DNA of 58,981 nt from an uncultured Clostridia bacterium (lineage in GTDB: Bacteria; Bacillota; Clostridia; UBA1212; SIG427). Made by a program: the position numbers and the translations under genes. Below are positions 28,778 to 37,577 of this stretch, piece by piece; positions within the stretch are counted from its first letter, which is position 1, and every line of letters starts with the position of its first letter. Below the pieces are notes generated by a model. The model was not told the DNA's origin and did not search any database. It saw only the letters and a list, made by a program, of their open reading frames with translations. The stretch is taken from positions 1 through 58,981 of the forward strand of contig CAMFNB010000002.1 in assembly GCA_945965275.1 (NCBI GenBank), given 5' to 3'.

Positions 28778-28779
28778 CC

Positions 28780-29910
28780 TTATACCTCAGCGTTTGCTTC
28801 CTCTGTTTCCTCATCAGCGTCAGTGATGAAAAGATCATCCGCAACACTGCCTGATGCCTCTTCTCTTGCCAGTGACTCGCTCTTGATGTCAATCTTCCAG
28901 CCTGTGAGCTTAGCCGCAAGTCTTACGTTCTGTCCTTCTTTGCCGATTGCAAGAGAAAGCTGAGCATCCGGAACGATTACTTCTGCTGACTTTTCTTCTT
29001 CACTTAAAATCTCAACGCTTACAACCTTTGCGGGAGATAAGCTTGCTCCGATGAATTCGGCCGGATCCTCAGACCATTTAACAACGTCGATTCTCTCACC
29101 TTTAAGTTCATCAACGATAACCTGTACTCTTGTACCCTTCTGGCCTACGCAAGCACCTACAGGCTCGATGTCCTCGTTCTCTGAGTAAACAGCAAGTTTG
29201 CTTCTTGAGCCTGCTTCACGTGCAAGAGACATAATTTCAACTGTGCCGTCTGCAATTTCCGGAACCTCAAGTTCAAAGAGTTTCTTTACAAGAGCAGGAT
29301 GTGTTCTTGATACGATGATTTTAGGTTCTTTGCTTGTCTTCTTAACGTCAAGTACGAAAGCCTTGAGTCTTTCACCGAACCTGTATGTTTCGGTGGGAAC
29401 CTGTTCCTTCTGAGGAAGAACTGCTTCAGTCTTTCCCATATCGAGGTAAACAACCTTGTCATCACCGTCTCTGTGTTCAACTCTCTGCACGGTTCCTGAA
29501 ACGATGCTGTTAAGCTTGTCTGTAAACTGTTCTAAAATCATTGCTCTTTCTTCTTCTCTGAGCTTCTGGATAATAATCTGCTTTGCCTGCTGTGCAACAG
29601 TTCTCTTGAAATCGGTGCTTGTGATATCAAACTCGGCTTCTTCGCCGACTTCGAATTCAGGATCGATTTCGCGGGCTTCCTCAAGTGAAATCTCCTTCTT
29701 TGGATCTTCAACTTCTTCTACTACAGTCTTTCTTTCAAAGATTTCAATGCTTCCCGTTTCACGGTCAACAACAACCTTTACGTTTTCATTCTTGATGTCA
29801 CCGGCATAAGATTTTTCAATGCCCTCTTCGATTGCAGCGATAATAACTTCTTTATCGATGCCTCTCTCCTTCTCCAATTGCTCTAATGCGAGTAATAATT
29901 CACTTGCCAT
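28780..29910 (-). CDS. nusA: Transcription termination/antitermination factor NusA
   Basis: 376 aa. It has an N-terminal domain, an S1 domain and two KH domains (GACVGQKGTRV, AIGKEGQNVRLA). Confidence 0.95.
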   Translation of the reverse strand: MASELLLALEQLEKERGIDKEVIIAAIEEGIEKSYAGDIKNENVKVVVDRETGSIEIFERKTVVEEVEDPKKEISLEEAREIDPEFEVGEEAEFDITSTDFKRTVAQQAKQIIIQKLREEERAMILEQFTDKLNSIVSGTVQRVEHRDGDDKVVYLDMGKTEAVLPQKEQVPTETYRFGERLKAFVLDVKKTSKEPKIIVSRTHPALVKKLFELEVPEIADGTVEIMSLAREAGSRSKLAVYSENEDIEPVGACVGQKGTRVQVIVDELKGERIDVVKWSEDPAEFIGASLSPAKVVSVEILSEEEKSAEVIVPDAQLSLAIGKEGQNVRLAAKLTGWKIDIKSESLAREEASGSVADDLFITDADEETEEANAEV

Positions 29911-29927
29911 TTTTTAATCCTCTCTTT

Positions 29928-30401
29928 CTAAAATCTTATGGCCTTTTTGATAAGTGCCGTTTTCTTTATTTCAAAGTCTTTTGTGTGTCCGTCTTTTTCG
30001 TCCTCAAGAGTGACAACTCCGTCTTTGTAATCCTGTAAAATGCCCTCGTAGGCTTTGTTTCCGTCTTCGTCGGGAGCGTAAAGTGAAATCTCAATTATTT
30101 CCCCGATGTTTCTTGTAAAATCTCTGTCTGTCTTAAGAGGTCTGTCCAGTCCCGGTGAAGAAACCTCAAATGTATAAGGTCCTGATATCGGATCTGCCTC
30201 GTCAATTAAATCCGTTACGCTGTCATTTACAAGCTGGCAGTCATCCAGGCCCACACCGCCGGGTTTGTCGATGTAGAGTCTCAGGAACCATTTGCTGCCC
30301 TCTTTGACATATTCTGTCTCCACAAGGTCGATACCCAGCCCTTCGATAACAGGACGAACAACGGCATCCACCTTTGTTGCAATATTGTCTTTTGAAGCCA
30401 T
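29928..30401 (-). CDS. rimP: Ribosome maturation factor RimP
   Basis: 157 aa. It has LRLYIDKPGG..LDDC and EVSSPGLDRPL, and is the first gene of the nusA operon. Confidence 0.9.
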   Translation of the reverse strand: MASKDNIATKVDAVVRPVIEGLGIDLVETEYVKEGSKWFLRLYIDKPGGVGLDDCQLVNDSVTDLIDEADPISGPYTFEVSSPGLDRPLKTDRDFTRNIGEIIEISLYAPDEDGNKAYEGILQDYKDGVVTLEDEKDGHTKDFEIKKTALIKKAIRF

Positions 30402-30411
30402 ATAAACCCCC

Positions 30412-30444
30412 TAACTAAAAACAAAAGAGTGGGAAACCCACTCT
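30412..30444 (-). terminator. Intrinsic terminator-like hairpin inside the rimP-nusA leader (candidate autoregulatory attenuator)
   Basis: On the minus strand AGAGTGGG-TTT-CCCACTCT forms an 8-bp stem, followed by TTTGTTTTTAG. It lies between the predicted promoter and the SD AGGGGG of rimP. Confidence 0.55.
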
Positions 30445-30476
30445 GAAGTAAACAACTTCTTCAACTAACTGTTGAA

Positions 30477-30505
30477 AGTATATCATACTATATTAAATAA
30501 AGCAA
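30477..30505 (-). promoter_or_regulatory. Predicted sigma-A promoter of the rimP-nusA-infB operon
   Basis: On the minus strand: TTGCTT (30505-30500), 17-nt spacer, TATACT (30482-30477). Confidence 0.5.
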
Positions 30506-30538
30506 GAAAAAAGAAGGTTGGTGTGCCGGCATTTGTGA

Positions 30539-30723
30539 TTACTACTATTTTCAAAAATCAAAAGCAGCAGAAGGAATCGTCGGTTTACTACTATTTTCCG
30601 GATTTTGCTGAAAAGTAGTACTATTCTCGCAAAAACTACTACTATTTTTCAAAAATTCAAAAATAGTAGTAGGATTTATGCCTTTTTTACTACTTTTTTC
30701 TAAAATATAAAAATTCGTAGTAA
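30539..30723. repeat. Array of seven TACTAC(TA)TTTT motifs in about four units of ~50 bp, three of them palindromic
   Basis: Forward cores are at 30540, 30586, 30637 and 30688 (spacings 46, 51 and 51). Inverted cores are at 30615-30620, 30664-30671 and 30717-30723. TTACTACTATTTTC occurs identically at 30539 and 30585. A perfect 14-bp inverted repeat, CTACTACTATTTTT / AAAAATAGTAGTAG, spans 30636-30672 with a 9-nt spacer. Confidence 0.75.
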
Positions 30724-30732
30724 CGCATATGA

Positions 30733-30767
30733 ACAAATAAAAAGCGGGACTGCTTTCACAGTCCCGC
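30733..30767 (-). terminator. Rho-independent terminator of ftsZ
   Basis: On the minus strand GCGGGACTG-TGAAAG-CAGTCCCGC forms a 9-bp stem, followed by TTTTTATTTG. It lies 30 nt after the ftsZ stop. Confidence 0.8.
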
Positions 30768-30796
30768 ATATATGGAATCTTGATTAAATTAATTGA

Positions 30797-31888
30797 TTAA
30801 CGTCTTAAGAACGGCGGAATGTCAAGGTCGTCATCATCTGCTTTTGAGGATGCAGGCTGTTCAACCGGAGTTTCCTGAACAGGAGCTGCTGCAGGAGTTC
30901 TTCCCTGAGGAGCTGCAGGTGCCATTGTCTGAGGCTCTTCGTCAAAGCCTGCTGCAATTACGGTAACCTTGATTTCATCATTCATATCTGTTGCATTGAG
31001 TGTACCGATGATAATCTGAGCATCAACGTCAACTGAATCATAAACAATGTTGGAAACTGTTTCCATCTCCTGCATGTTGACATTGTCACCGCAGAAGTTG
31101 ATAAGAACTGCTTTTGCGTTCTCAATAGATGTTTCAAGAAGAGGATTGTTGATAGCCTTCATAAGAGCTTCCTCTGCTCTGTTCTTTCCGGCTGCCTGAC
31201 CAACACCCATGTGAACGATACCACGATTAGACATTGTTGCCTTAACGTCTGCAAAGTCTACGTTCATGTCACCGATCTTTGTGATGATTTCAACAATACC
31301 GAGAACTGATTTGCTGAGAACTTCGTCAACAAGTTTGAATGCATTGTCGATTGTAACCTTCTCATCTACTACTTTAAGGATTCTGTCGTTTGGAATAACA
31401 ACAAGTGAATCGATGTGTGCTCTGAATTTCTCGATGCCGTTGTTAGCTGACATCATTTTCTTTCTTCCTTCAAACATGAAAGGCTTTGTTACAACGCCTA
31501 CTGTAAGAATTCCGAGTTCCTTGGCAACCTCAGCTACGATTGGTGCTGCACCTGTACCGGTTCCGCCACCCATACCTGCTGTAATGAATGCCATATCATA
31601 TCCTTTAAGTGCTGAAGCGATTTCGTCGCGACTTTCTGTTGCAGCCTTCTCGCCGATTTCAGGATTAGCGCCTGCGCCGAGTCCTCTTGTAAGCTTCTCA
31701 CCAAGCTGGATTTTAGTTGTTGCATGTGACTTAAGAAGAACGTGCTTATCAGTGTTCATTGCGATGAAGTCAACGCCTTCCATACCGTTTTCAATCATTC
31801 TGTCAACTGCATTGTTTCCGCCGCCGCCGACACCGATTACAACGATCTTTGCGTCCTTGCCCTGTTCGTTATCAAATTCAATACTCAA
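30797..31888 (-). CDS. ftsZ: Cell division GTPase FtsZ
   Basis: 363 aa. It has [10 protein letters not shown], the tubulin signature [10 protein letters not shown] and the C-terminal DIPPFLRR peptide. Confidence 0.97.
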   Translation of the reverse strand: MSIEFDNEQGKDAKIVVIGVGGGGNNAVDRMIENGMEGVDFIAMNTDKHVLLKSHATTKIQLGEKLTRGLGAGANPEIGEKAATESRDEIASALKGYDMAFITAGMGGGTGTGAAPIVAEVAKELGILTVGVVTKPFMFEGRKKMMSANNGIEKFRAHIDSLVVIPNDRILKVVDEKVTIDNAFKLVDEVLSKSVLGIVEIITKIGDMNVDFADVKATMSNRGIVHMGVGQAAGKNRAEEALMKAINNPLLETSIENAKAVLINFCGDNVNMQEMETVSNIVYDSVDVDAQIIIGTLNATDMNDEIKVTVIAAGFDEEPQTMAPAAPQGRTPAAAPVQETPVEQPASSKADDDDLDIPPFLRR

Positions 31889-31946
31889 GATATTTTCCTC
31901 CTTTGTGTAAATACGGCATAGTTATGCCATATACATACTATATAGA

Positions 31947-31975
31947 AATATACAACATTAGTCGAATTTATGCAA
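31947..31975 (-). promoter_or_regulatory. Possible internal promoter in front of ftsZ
   Basis: On the minus strand: TTGCAT (31975-31970), 17-nt spacer, TATATT (31952-31947), in the ftsA-ftsZ gap. Confidence 0.4.
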
Positions 31976-31983
31976 GAAAAATT

Positions 31984-33264
31984 TTATTCTCTGAAACCCG
32001 TGAGCATATCCTTCATCTTGCCGACAAATTTATTCTTGATTCCTGAAATGCCCTGCTTCTTGTCTTCAGCGAGAACCTCATCCTTACGGTATTCGCGTGC
32101 AAGCTCTGACTGCTTTCTGCCGAGAGGAAGAAGTGATGAAATGTACATAACCATTCCGCTTGCATAAGTGTAAACACTCTTCATTCCCGTAAGTCTGCTG
32201 AAATCAATTTCAAAAAGAGCAACTCCGAAGATTTTTTTACAGATTTCATCAATGCCCTTGAAGCTTACGATTCCGTCACCTGCAAGCACCACTCTGTCAA
32301 CAGAGCTTGTGTTTATATTGTTCTTTTCAAGAGATCTTGCAATCATTGAAAAGATTTCTTCAATTCTTGCCTGCATTACTTTTACAGGTTCCTCAACCTT
32401 GATAACTTCCTGCTCTCCTGTTTCTCTTGACTGTATTGCAAGATCAATGTTGTTTGTTACAAGAGATGTGCTGGCAAGAGGATAATCACGCTTGATGGAT
32501 TCTGCCTCTTTAAGAGAAATCTTGAACACCTGTGAAATGTCGCTTGAAATATTGTCTCCGCCCACAGGAATTGAACCTGTTGCGAAAGCTTTTCCTTTAT
32601 AGTAGAGAGTGTAATCAGTAACGCTGCCGCCCACATCAACTAAGAGAGTGCTCTTTGCGTCCTCTGTATATTCAGGCATAAGACCCTGCATTGCCATTGA
32701 TACCGGAACGAAGCCGTCAACTGAAAGACCCGCATCTTCAATGGCATCGCGGATTTCCGAAACATATTCGGCATGTCCGATGATTACATCAGCTTCAACG
32801 CCCATTGATGAGGCCGAAAGACCGATCGGATCAGCAACTGTTGTGTCACCGTCGATAAGATATTTAAGAGGAGATACGTCCACAAGAACCTCATCCTCGT
32901 ACATTTCAATTGATGCAACCTTGTCAAGCAATACCGCAACATCATGGTACGCAATCTCACGCTCGCCGTCAGAGAATCTGACTGCATCGCGGTTATGCAT
33001 GAATTTTATGAAATGGCTCGGAATTCCCGTGTATACAGATCTGATAAGAATACCTGTCTGTTCCTGAATTCTCTGTACTGCCCTTGAAATTGCAGTTGAA
33101 AGTGCCTCTTTGTCGGTAATGCTGTATTTCTTAATACCTCTGCACGGGATAGCGGCTTTCGCAATAATGTGGGGAAGACTGCCCTCGTTTACCTTGGCAG
33201 CCAGGATTCTCACACCTGTTGTTCCTATATCAAGTACTGCTATATTTTTACTCAAATTATTCAC
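31984..33264 (-). CDS. ftsA: Cell division protein FtsA (actin-like ATPase)
   Basis: 426 aa. It has VLDIGTTGVRILAAKV and VDVGGSVTD. It starts with GTG, preceded by an SD GAAGGA, and lies adjacent to ftsZ. Confidence 0.88.
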   Translation of the reverse strand: MNNLSKNIAVLDIGTTGVRILAAKVNEGSLPHIIAKAAIPCRGIKKYSITDKEALSTAISRAVQRIQEQTGILIRSVYTGIPSHFIKFMHNRDAVRFSDGEREIAYHDVAVLLDKVASIEMYEDEVLVDVSPLKYLIDGDTTVADPIGLSASSMGVEADVIIGHAEYVSEIRDAIEDAGLSVDGFVPVSMAMQGLMPEYTEDAKSTLLVDVGGSVTDYTLYYKGKAFATGSIPVGGDNISSDISQVFKISLKEAESIKRDYPLASTSLVTNNIDLAIQSRETGEQEVIKVEEPVKVMQARIEEIFSMIARSLEKNNINTSSVDRVVLAGDGIVSFKGIDEICKKIFGVALFEIDFSRLTGMKSVYTYASGMVMYISSLLPLGRKQSELAREYRKDEVLAEDKKQGISGIKNKFVGKMKDMLTGFRE

Positions 33265-33369
33265 CTGTCCTTCTGGTTAAGGTTGAATTTTTTTCTTTTA
33301 ATAAACCATAATCGTTGATATTTTACTATATCAATAAAGAAAATACCATACCCCTGTAATAACAGGGTC

Positions 33370-33732
33370 TCAGTTAGTCTTAACATTAGGATTGTGCTTT
33401 TTGGAATATTTGTCTATCAAAAGTCGTCTTAAAACGCCGAAATTGCTGAATAATCTGTTGCCGAAAGCAAAAAGTGCGGCATAGTAAAGAGGAATACTGA
33501 GCTGTTCTCCTATGAATGAAAGAGCAAGTGCTATCAGCAGGTTTCCGAAAAAGCCCGTTAAAAAGAGTTTTATGTCGAACATTCCTCTCATTGATGCAAC
33601 GGATGCACCGAGTACTGAGTCAACAACTGCCAAAATGGCAACGGCAATGTATATCGAATATCCGCCCGGCAATGTGAACGGAATTATTATTCCGATTACC
33701 AAACCAAGTATTATTCCCAAAATCGGTATCAC
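33370..33732 (-). CDS. sbp: Small basic membrane protein (Sbp / DUF1290 family)
   Basis: 120 aa with 3-4 TM helices and a basic C-terminus. It sits in the conserved position between divIB and ftsA in Firmicutes. Confidence 0.7.
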   Translation of the reverse strand: MIPILGIILGLVIGIIIPFTLPGGYSIYIAVAILAVVDSVLGASVASMRGMFDIKLFLTGFFGNLLIALALSFIGEQLSIPLYYAALFAFGNRLFSNFGVLRRLLIDKYSKKHNPNVKTN

Positions 33733-33734
33733 AG

Positions 33735-34535
33735 TTAATTACCTCCGCTCTTATTTGAATGAAAAATAGGCTTTTTACCGACGGAAAAATCGATTATTCC
33801 GTCTGATTCTCCGTTGTATCCGCTGTTAAGTATTTCCTTGAGCGTTGCAAGCTTTACTCCGATTTCTTCCGGTGTTCCGAGTTTAATCGAAAGTGACGGT
33901 TCAATGTACATCCAGATTTCATCGGTGTCCTCAACATTTATTTTATTGATTCCCTCAAGTTCAACCTGCTCCATGAGGTCCATGATTCTCATGGCTATCG
34001 AAAGGCCGACGCTGCTGTTTTTGGACAGTTTCTTACCCTTCGTATATCCTTCTGTTTCCACTCCTTCGAGAATCATCGCCGTGGGAGTCTCATCCTTCGG
34101 AAATGTGTCTATCACATATCCGTCTTCGTCAACCAAAATGAAATTCTCCCCGTCCTTTATGGAAAGTCCTGCAGTTCTTTCAGTTACCGATACGGTTAAC
34201 GTACCGTCAAGGGAATATGAAAAATCCGCGGTTTTAAGAAAAGGAAGCTTGTCTTTAAGCTCTGCTTCGGAATTGTACGGACTGAATGTGAAAAAGTGTC
34301 CCAAATGCGCAAAAGGCGTATTCTTAAGAAGCAGAGACCAATAGTTCTGACCTTTGTACTTTTCCAGTTCCGTGACAACGGTTTCGCTTTCGTAATACCT
34401 GTTCCCTTTTACTGCGGTCTTTTTCACCATAAAAAGAGGGCTCATTAAAATCACCACAGTCAGTATTAAAACCACGAGAACAATAATTAAAATTTTAATT
34501 GTTTTGTTCTTTTTCATTATATTAAAATATATCAT
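33735..34535 (-). CDS. divIB: Cell division protein DivIB/FtsQ (POTRA domain)
   Basis: 266 aa. It has an N-terminal TM helix (ILIIVLVVLILTVVILM), then a POTRA-like segment VKKTAVKGNRYYESETV. The start may be the Met at 34517. Confidence 0.78.
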   Translation of the reverse strand: MIYFNIMKKNKTIKILIIVLVVLILTVVILMSPLFMVKKTAVKGNRYYESETVVTELEKYKGQNYWSLLLKNTPFAHLGHFFTFSPYNSEAELKDKLPFLKTADFSYSLDGTLTVSVTERTAGLSIKDGENFILVDEDGYVIDTFPKDETPTAMILEGVETEGYTKGKKLSKNSSVGLSIAMRIMDLMEQVELEGINKINVEDTDEIWMYIEPSLSIKLGTPEEIGVKLATLKEILNSGYNGESDGIIDFSVGKKPIFHSNKSGGN

Positions 34536-34647
34536 TTTCAGTGTATCTATGCAAGAAATGATATGTCGAAAATACTCACGCCGAGAGTTAACGGAAGGTT
34601 AAAAGTGCGGTAACAATTTTCTGCTTTCGCCCGAATATACTGAACAC

Positions 34648-36318
34648 ATGAGCAAATTTGAATTCTCCAAAATGCAGATCAATGCAATTCGTCATGATAA
34701 AGGTCCGGCACTTGTGATTGCAGGACCCGGGAGCGGTAAGACCACCGTTATAATATCACGACTTTTAAGGCTTGCATCAGAATACACTGACTCGAAATTT
34801 CTTTCTCTCACCTTCTCTTCTGCCGCAGCAAAAGAAATGGCATCCAGATTTTCGACAGCGGTTGCAGATTCTTCAATGTCTCCGTATGAAAAGGCGTCTG
34901 CCCTTGAGAGGACTGATTTTTCCACAGTCCATGCCCTTGCATATTCAGTAATGCTCGATTCTGCTGCATTTCACGGAAGAAAAGTAGTCGAATCAGACGA
35001 AAAAATATCCTGTATAAAGAGTCTCAGCAAAGAAATTAACAGCGAGGAGCTTCCGCTGAGCGACTGTGACACTCTTGTTTCATTCATTGGACGAATAAGA
35101 AGCAATCCCGCACAAAAAGAAAAACTGATGAAAAACATTCAGGTCAGGAATTTCGAAAAAATATATAACGGGTACGCTGAATACAAAAAGCAGAACAATC
35201 TTATTGATTTTGAGGACATGGTTTCCGAAGCTGTTGTTCTGCTTCAAAGCGACAAACATATCCAAAAGAAATTTTGTCAGAAATATGCCTTTGTCCAGGC
35301 AGACGAGGCTCAGGATCTGACAAGTGAACAGTTTTGCTTTATAAGGCTGTTGTCCCCTGAACAAAATATTTTTGTCGTAGGAGATGATGACCAGTCGATT
35401 TACGGTTTCAGAGGCGCAAGTCCCGAATGCATGAAGGAATTTGCCGAAACTTCCGGATGCAGATTCTATGCTCTTTCGGAAAACCATCGTTGTTGCAGTA
35501 AAGTCGTATCCCTTTCTTCACGGATAATATGCCAAAACAGCGGCCGCTTCAGTAAAAATCTCATTTCCGTCACTGCCACGGAGGGTAAAGTTAATCTGTT
35601 GCATGTAAAAGACTCCTGCTGCCTCGGCAGGTTCATTGTTTCAGATTTGTCATCCGGTTCTGCGGGAATATTGTACCGCAACAACCGAAGTGCTTTTTCC
35701 GTTATGACTGCACTTATTAATGCAAAAATCCCGTTTTCCGTAAATGGCAGTGTTTTCTGTGAAATAGACAGGTATTTTAATCTTTTTTATCTTGAATGCA
35801 TAAAAGAAAATATCACGCCACGAAGATTTATAAGAAAGAAAGGTGCGGAAGAAATTCGAAATATGTTTTTAAAAAGCAACTCTCTATACAGAAAAGACAG
35901 AGAAAACGTCGATTTGGCATTGGATCTTGTATTGTTGCTTGCAAAGCTTTATAAAAGCACCGTCGATTTTCAGGCAGCAGCCGCAAAGCTTTTTACAGTG
36001 GCTGAAGAAGGTGTGTTTCTCCCTGCGGAAAAGCCCCGCGTGTTTCTTTCAACAATTCATTCTTCAAAGGGGCTTGAATACGACAACGTGTATATCATTG
36101 ATGTAAACAAAAACGAATTTCCCGGCAAAAGTTCCGCCGAAGGAAAGCTTTTATGTGAAGAAAGACGACTCTTCTATGTGGGAATAACCCGCGCAAAAAG
36201 TCGTCTTAATATCATATATTCCGAAAACCGTTCCGGTAAAAAATCAGAAGAAAGTATTCTCTTCAGAGAAGCTCTTAAAGCAGGAACTGGAATACCAGGA
36301 AGCCCGCATAAAGAATAA
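34648..36318 (+). CDS. Compact UvrD/Rep-family SF1 DNA helicase
   Basis: 556 aa. Motifs: I AGPGSGKTT, Ia TFSSAAAKEM, II DEAQD, III VGDDDQSIYGFRGA, V STIHSSKGLEYD, VI RRLFYVGITRAK. The 3' end overlaps the convergent antiporter by 44 nt. Confidence 0.85.
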   Translation: MSKFEFSKMQINAIRHDKGPALVIAGPGSGKTTVIISRLLRLASEYTDSKFLSLTFSSAAAKEMASRFSTAVADSSMSPYEKASALERTDFSTVHALAYSVMLDSAAFHGRKVVESDEKISCIKSLSKEINSEELPLSDCDTLVSFIGRIRSNPAQKEKLMKNIQVRNFEKIYNGYAEYKKQNNLIDFEDMVSEAVVLLQSDKHIQKKFCQKYAFVQADEAQDLTSEQFCFIRLLSPEQNIFVVGDDDQSIYGFRGASPECMKEFAETSGCRFYALSENHRCCSKVVSLSSRIICQNSGRFSKNLISVTATEGKVNLLHVKDSCCLGRFIVSDLSSGSAGILYRNNRSAFSVMTALINAKIPFSVNGSVFCEIDRYFNLFYLECIKENITPRRFIRKKGAEEIRNMFLKSNSLYRKDRENVDLALDLVLLLAKLYKSTVDFQAAAAKLFTVAEEGVFLPAEKPRVFLSTIHSSKGLEYDNVYIIDVNKNEFPGKSSAEGKLLCEERRLFYVGITRAKSRLNIIYSENRSGKKSEESILFREALKAGTGIPGSPHKE

Positions 36319-37261
36319 GCAAAACAATGCCCTGCACTCTTGAAAGTTTGCCCTTTACAAGCGGCGGAATCGTAAGTATGAGCATAACTCCCAGCATAAC
36401 AGGCGTGTCCACCAGGAGAGAGGCATTATATCCTAAAAGAGTCTTGCCCTGCGGGAGGTTGAACGGATTTAGTGTTACAGATAATCCGCTGACAAAAACA
36501 AGATTAAAGAAGTTGGCGCCGATAATATTTCCCAATGAAAGAGAGCCGTGTTTTTTTACAAGAGAAGTAATTGCGGTCACAAGTTCAGGAAGCGATGTTC
36601 CGAGAGCGACAAAAGTAAGTGCAATTACCGATTCGGGAACGCCCATGGTTGCTGCAATTATCGTTCCGTTATCCACAAGAAGATCTGCTCCGACAGCAAT
36701 CATTGCGGCACCGATTACAAGAAGAACAATATCCAGCCAAAGAGGATGAACCTTTTCTTTTTTGTCTTCATCTTTTTCTTCGTTTATTTCAGGGGCTTCG
36801 GGTTTCGGGTTCTTTATCGCCTGTCTTACCTGAATTGCCATATATGCAATAAAAATACAAAGCAATACAATTCCCGCCCAGCGCGCAAAGCCGCCGAATA
36901 CACAGGCATTGAACACATAGAAAGCAGCAGCAATAAAGAAGAATATTACCGGCATTCTGAATGATTTTTTGTTTACAATCTGAGGTGTAACAACAATCGT
37001 GATTGCCGCTATAAGGGCAGTATTGCAGATTATTGATCCTATTGCGTTTCCGTAAGCAATTTCACCGTGGCCTGAAATGGCAGAACCTGCCGATACCATA
37101 ACTTCAGGAAGCGTTGTTCCTATCGATACCACGGTTGCTCCTATGAGCAAATCAGGCAAATGAAACTTTTTGGCAATGCCGACAGCACCGTCAACAAACC
37201 AATCTCCGCCCTTTATGAGCAAAGCAAAACCCAATAAAAACAATAAAACAGGTATTACCAT
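36275..37261 (-). CDS. Ca2+/Na+ antiporter (CaCA family, YrbG-like)
   Basis: 328 aa, multi-TM. It has two alpha-repeats, GTTLPEVMVS and GTSLPELVTA. Confidence 0.85.
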   Translation of the reverse strand: MVIPVLLFLLGFALLIKGGDWFVDGAVGIAKKFHLPDLLIGATVVSIGTTLPEVMVSAGSAISGHGEIAYGNAIGSIICNTALIAAITIVVTPQIVNKKSFRMPVIFFFIAAAFYVFNACVFGGFARWAGIVLLCIFIAYMAIQVRQAIKNPKPEAPEINEEKDEDKKEKVHPLWLDIVLLVIGAAMIAVGADLLVDNGTIIAATMGVPESVIALTFVALGTSLPELVTAITSLVKKHGSLSLGNIIGANFFNLVFVSGLSVTLNPFNLPQGKTLLGYNASLLVDTPVMLGVMLILTIPPLVKGKLSRVQGIVLLILYAGFLVFQFLL

Positions 37262-37306
37262 AATCTATCCTTTAAATATAAATAATCTTTACTAAATATT
37301 AGCACA

Positions 37307-37341
37307 ATAAAAAAAATAAATCGACAACTCTTTGTTGCCGA
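37307..37341 (-). terminator. Rho-independent terminator after the small membrane-protein gene / pyr operon
   Basis: On the minus strand UCGGCAAC-AAAGA-GUUGUCGA forms an 8-bp stem with one G-U pair, followed by UUUAUUUUUUUU. Confidence 0.55.
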
Positions 37342-37349
37342 CTTAATAT

Positions 37350-37577
37350 TCAGTGAATTGTGAACTCCAAAAACGGGAAGAAAATCTTCCAGCATTGTTT
37401 TTTTCGCTTTATGTAGTGCTCTTTTAATTCTCCATGGCTTCTCATTATTTCTCTGTCAAGATATTTTCTTTCATTTATGAATATCTTAATTCTCAGGCCA
37501 ATCCAGAGTGCTATCAGAAAAAGTACGATTGTGCCGCAAAAAAAAAGCAAGACATATACGGAACTGTCTAAAACCAT
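37350..37577 (-). CDS. Hypothetical small membrane protein
   Basis: 75 aa. It has one N-terminal TM helix (VYVLLFFCGTIVLFLIALWIGL) and a basic tail. An SD GGAGA lies 9 nt upstream of the ATG, and its own terminator follows. Confidence 0.5.
   Translation of the reverse strand: MVLDSSVYVLLFFCGTIVLFLIALWIGLRIKIFINERKYLDREIMRSHGELKEHYIKRKKQCWKIFFPFLEFTIH

Noticed and set aside
30545-30658. CodY-box-like ATTTTCAAAAAT sequences inside the repeat units
   Set aside because: Against the AATTTTCWGAAAATT consensus, the copies are one base short in the centre or have at least 4 mismatches. AT-rich near-palindromes like this arise easily by chance.
30539-30723. A possible CRISPR array
   Set aside because: The repeats are only about 12-14 bp, occur in both orientations, and are separated by non-uniform AT-rich spacers of about 25 bp. 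No cas genes are present in the window.
30551-30769. A 72-aa minus-strand ORF in the ftsZ-rimP gap
   Set aside because: Its sequence (repeated SS/TT/F motifs) is only the translation of the TACTAC/AAAAT repeat array. It has no SD. It runs through the ftsZ terminator hairpin at its 5' end.
33330-33369. A weak hairpin (CCCTG-TAATAA-CAGGG) after sbp, as a possible terminator
   Set aside because: The stem is only 5 bp and the U-tract is poor. sbp-ftsA are probably co-transcribed.
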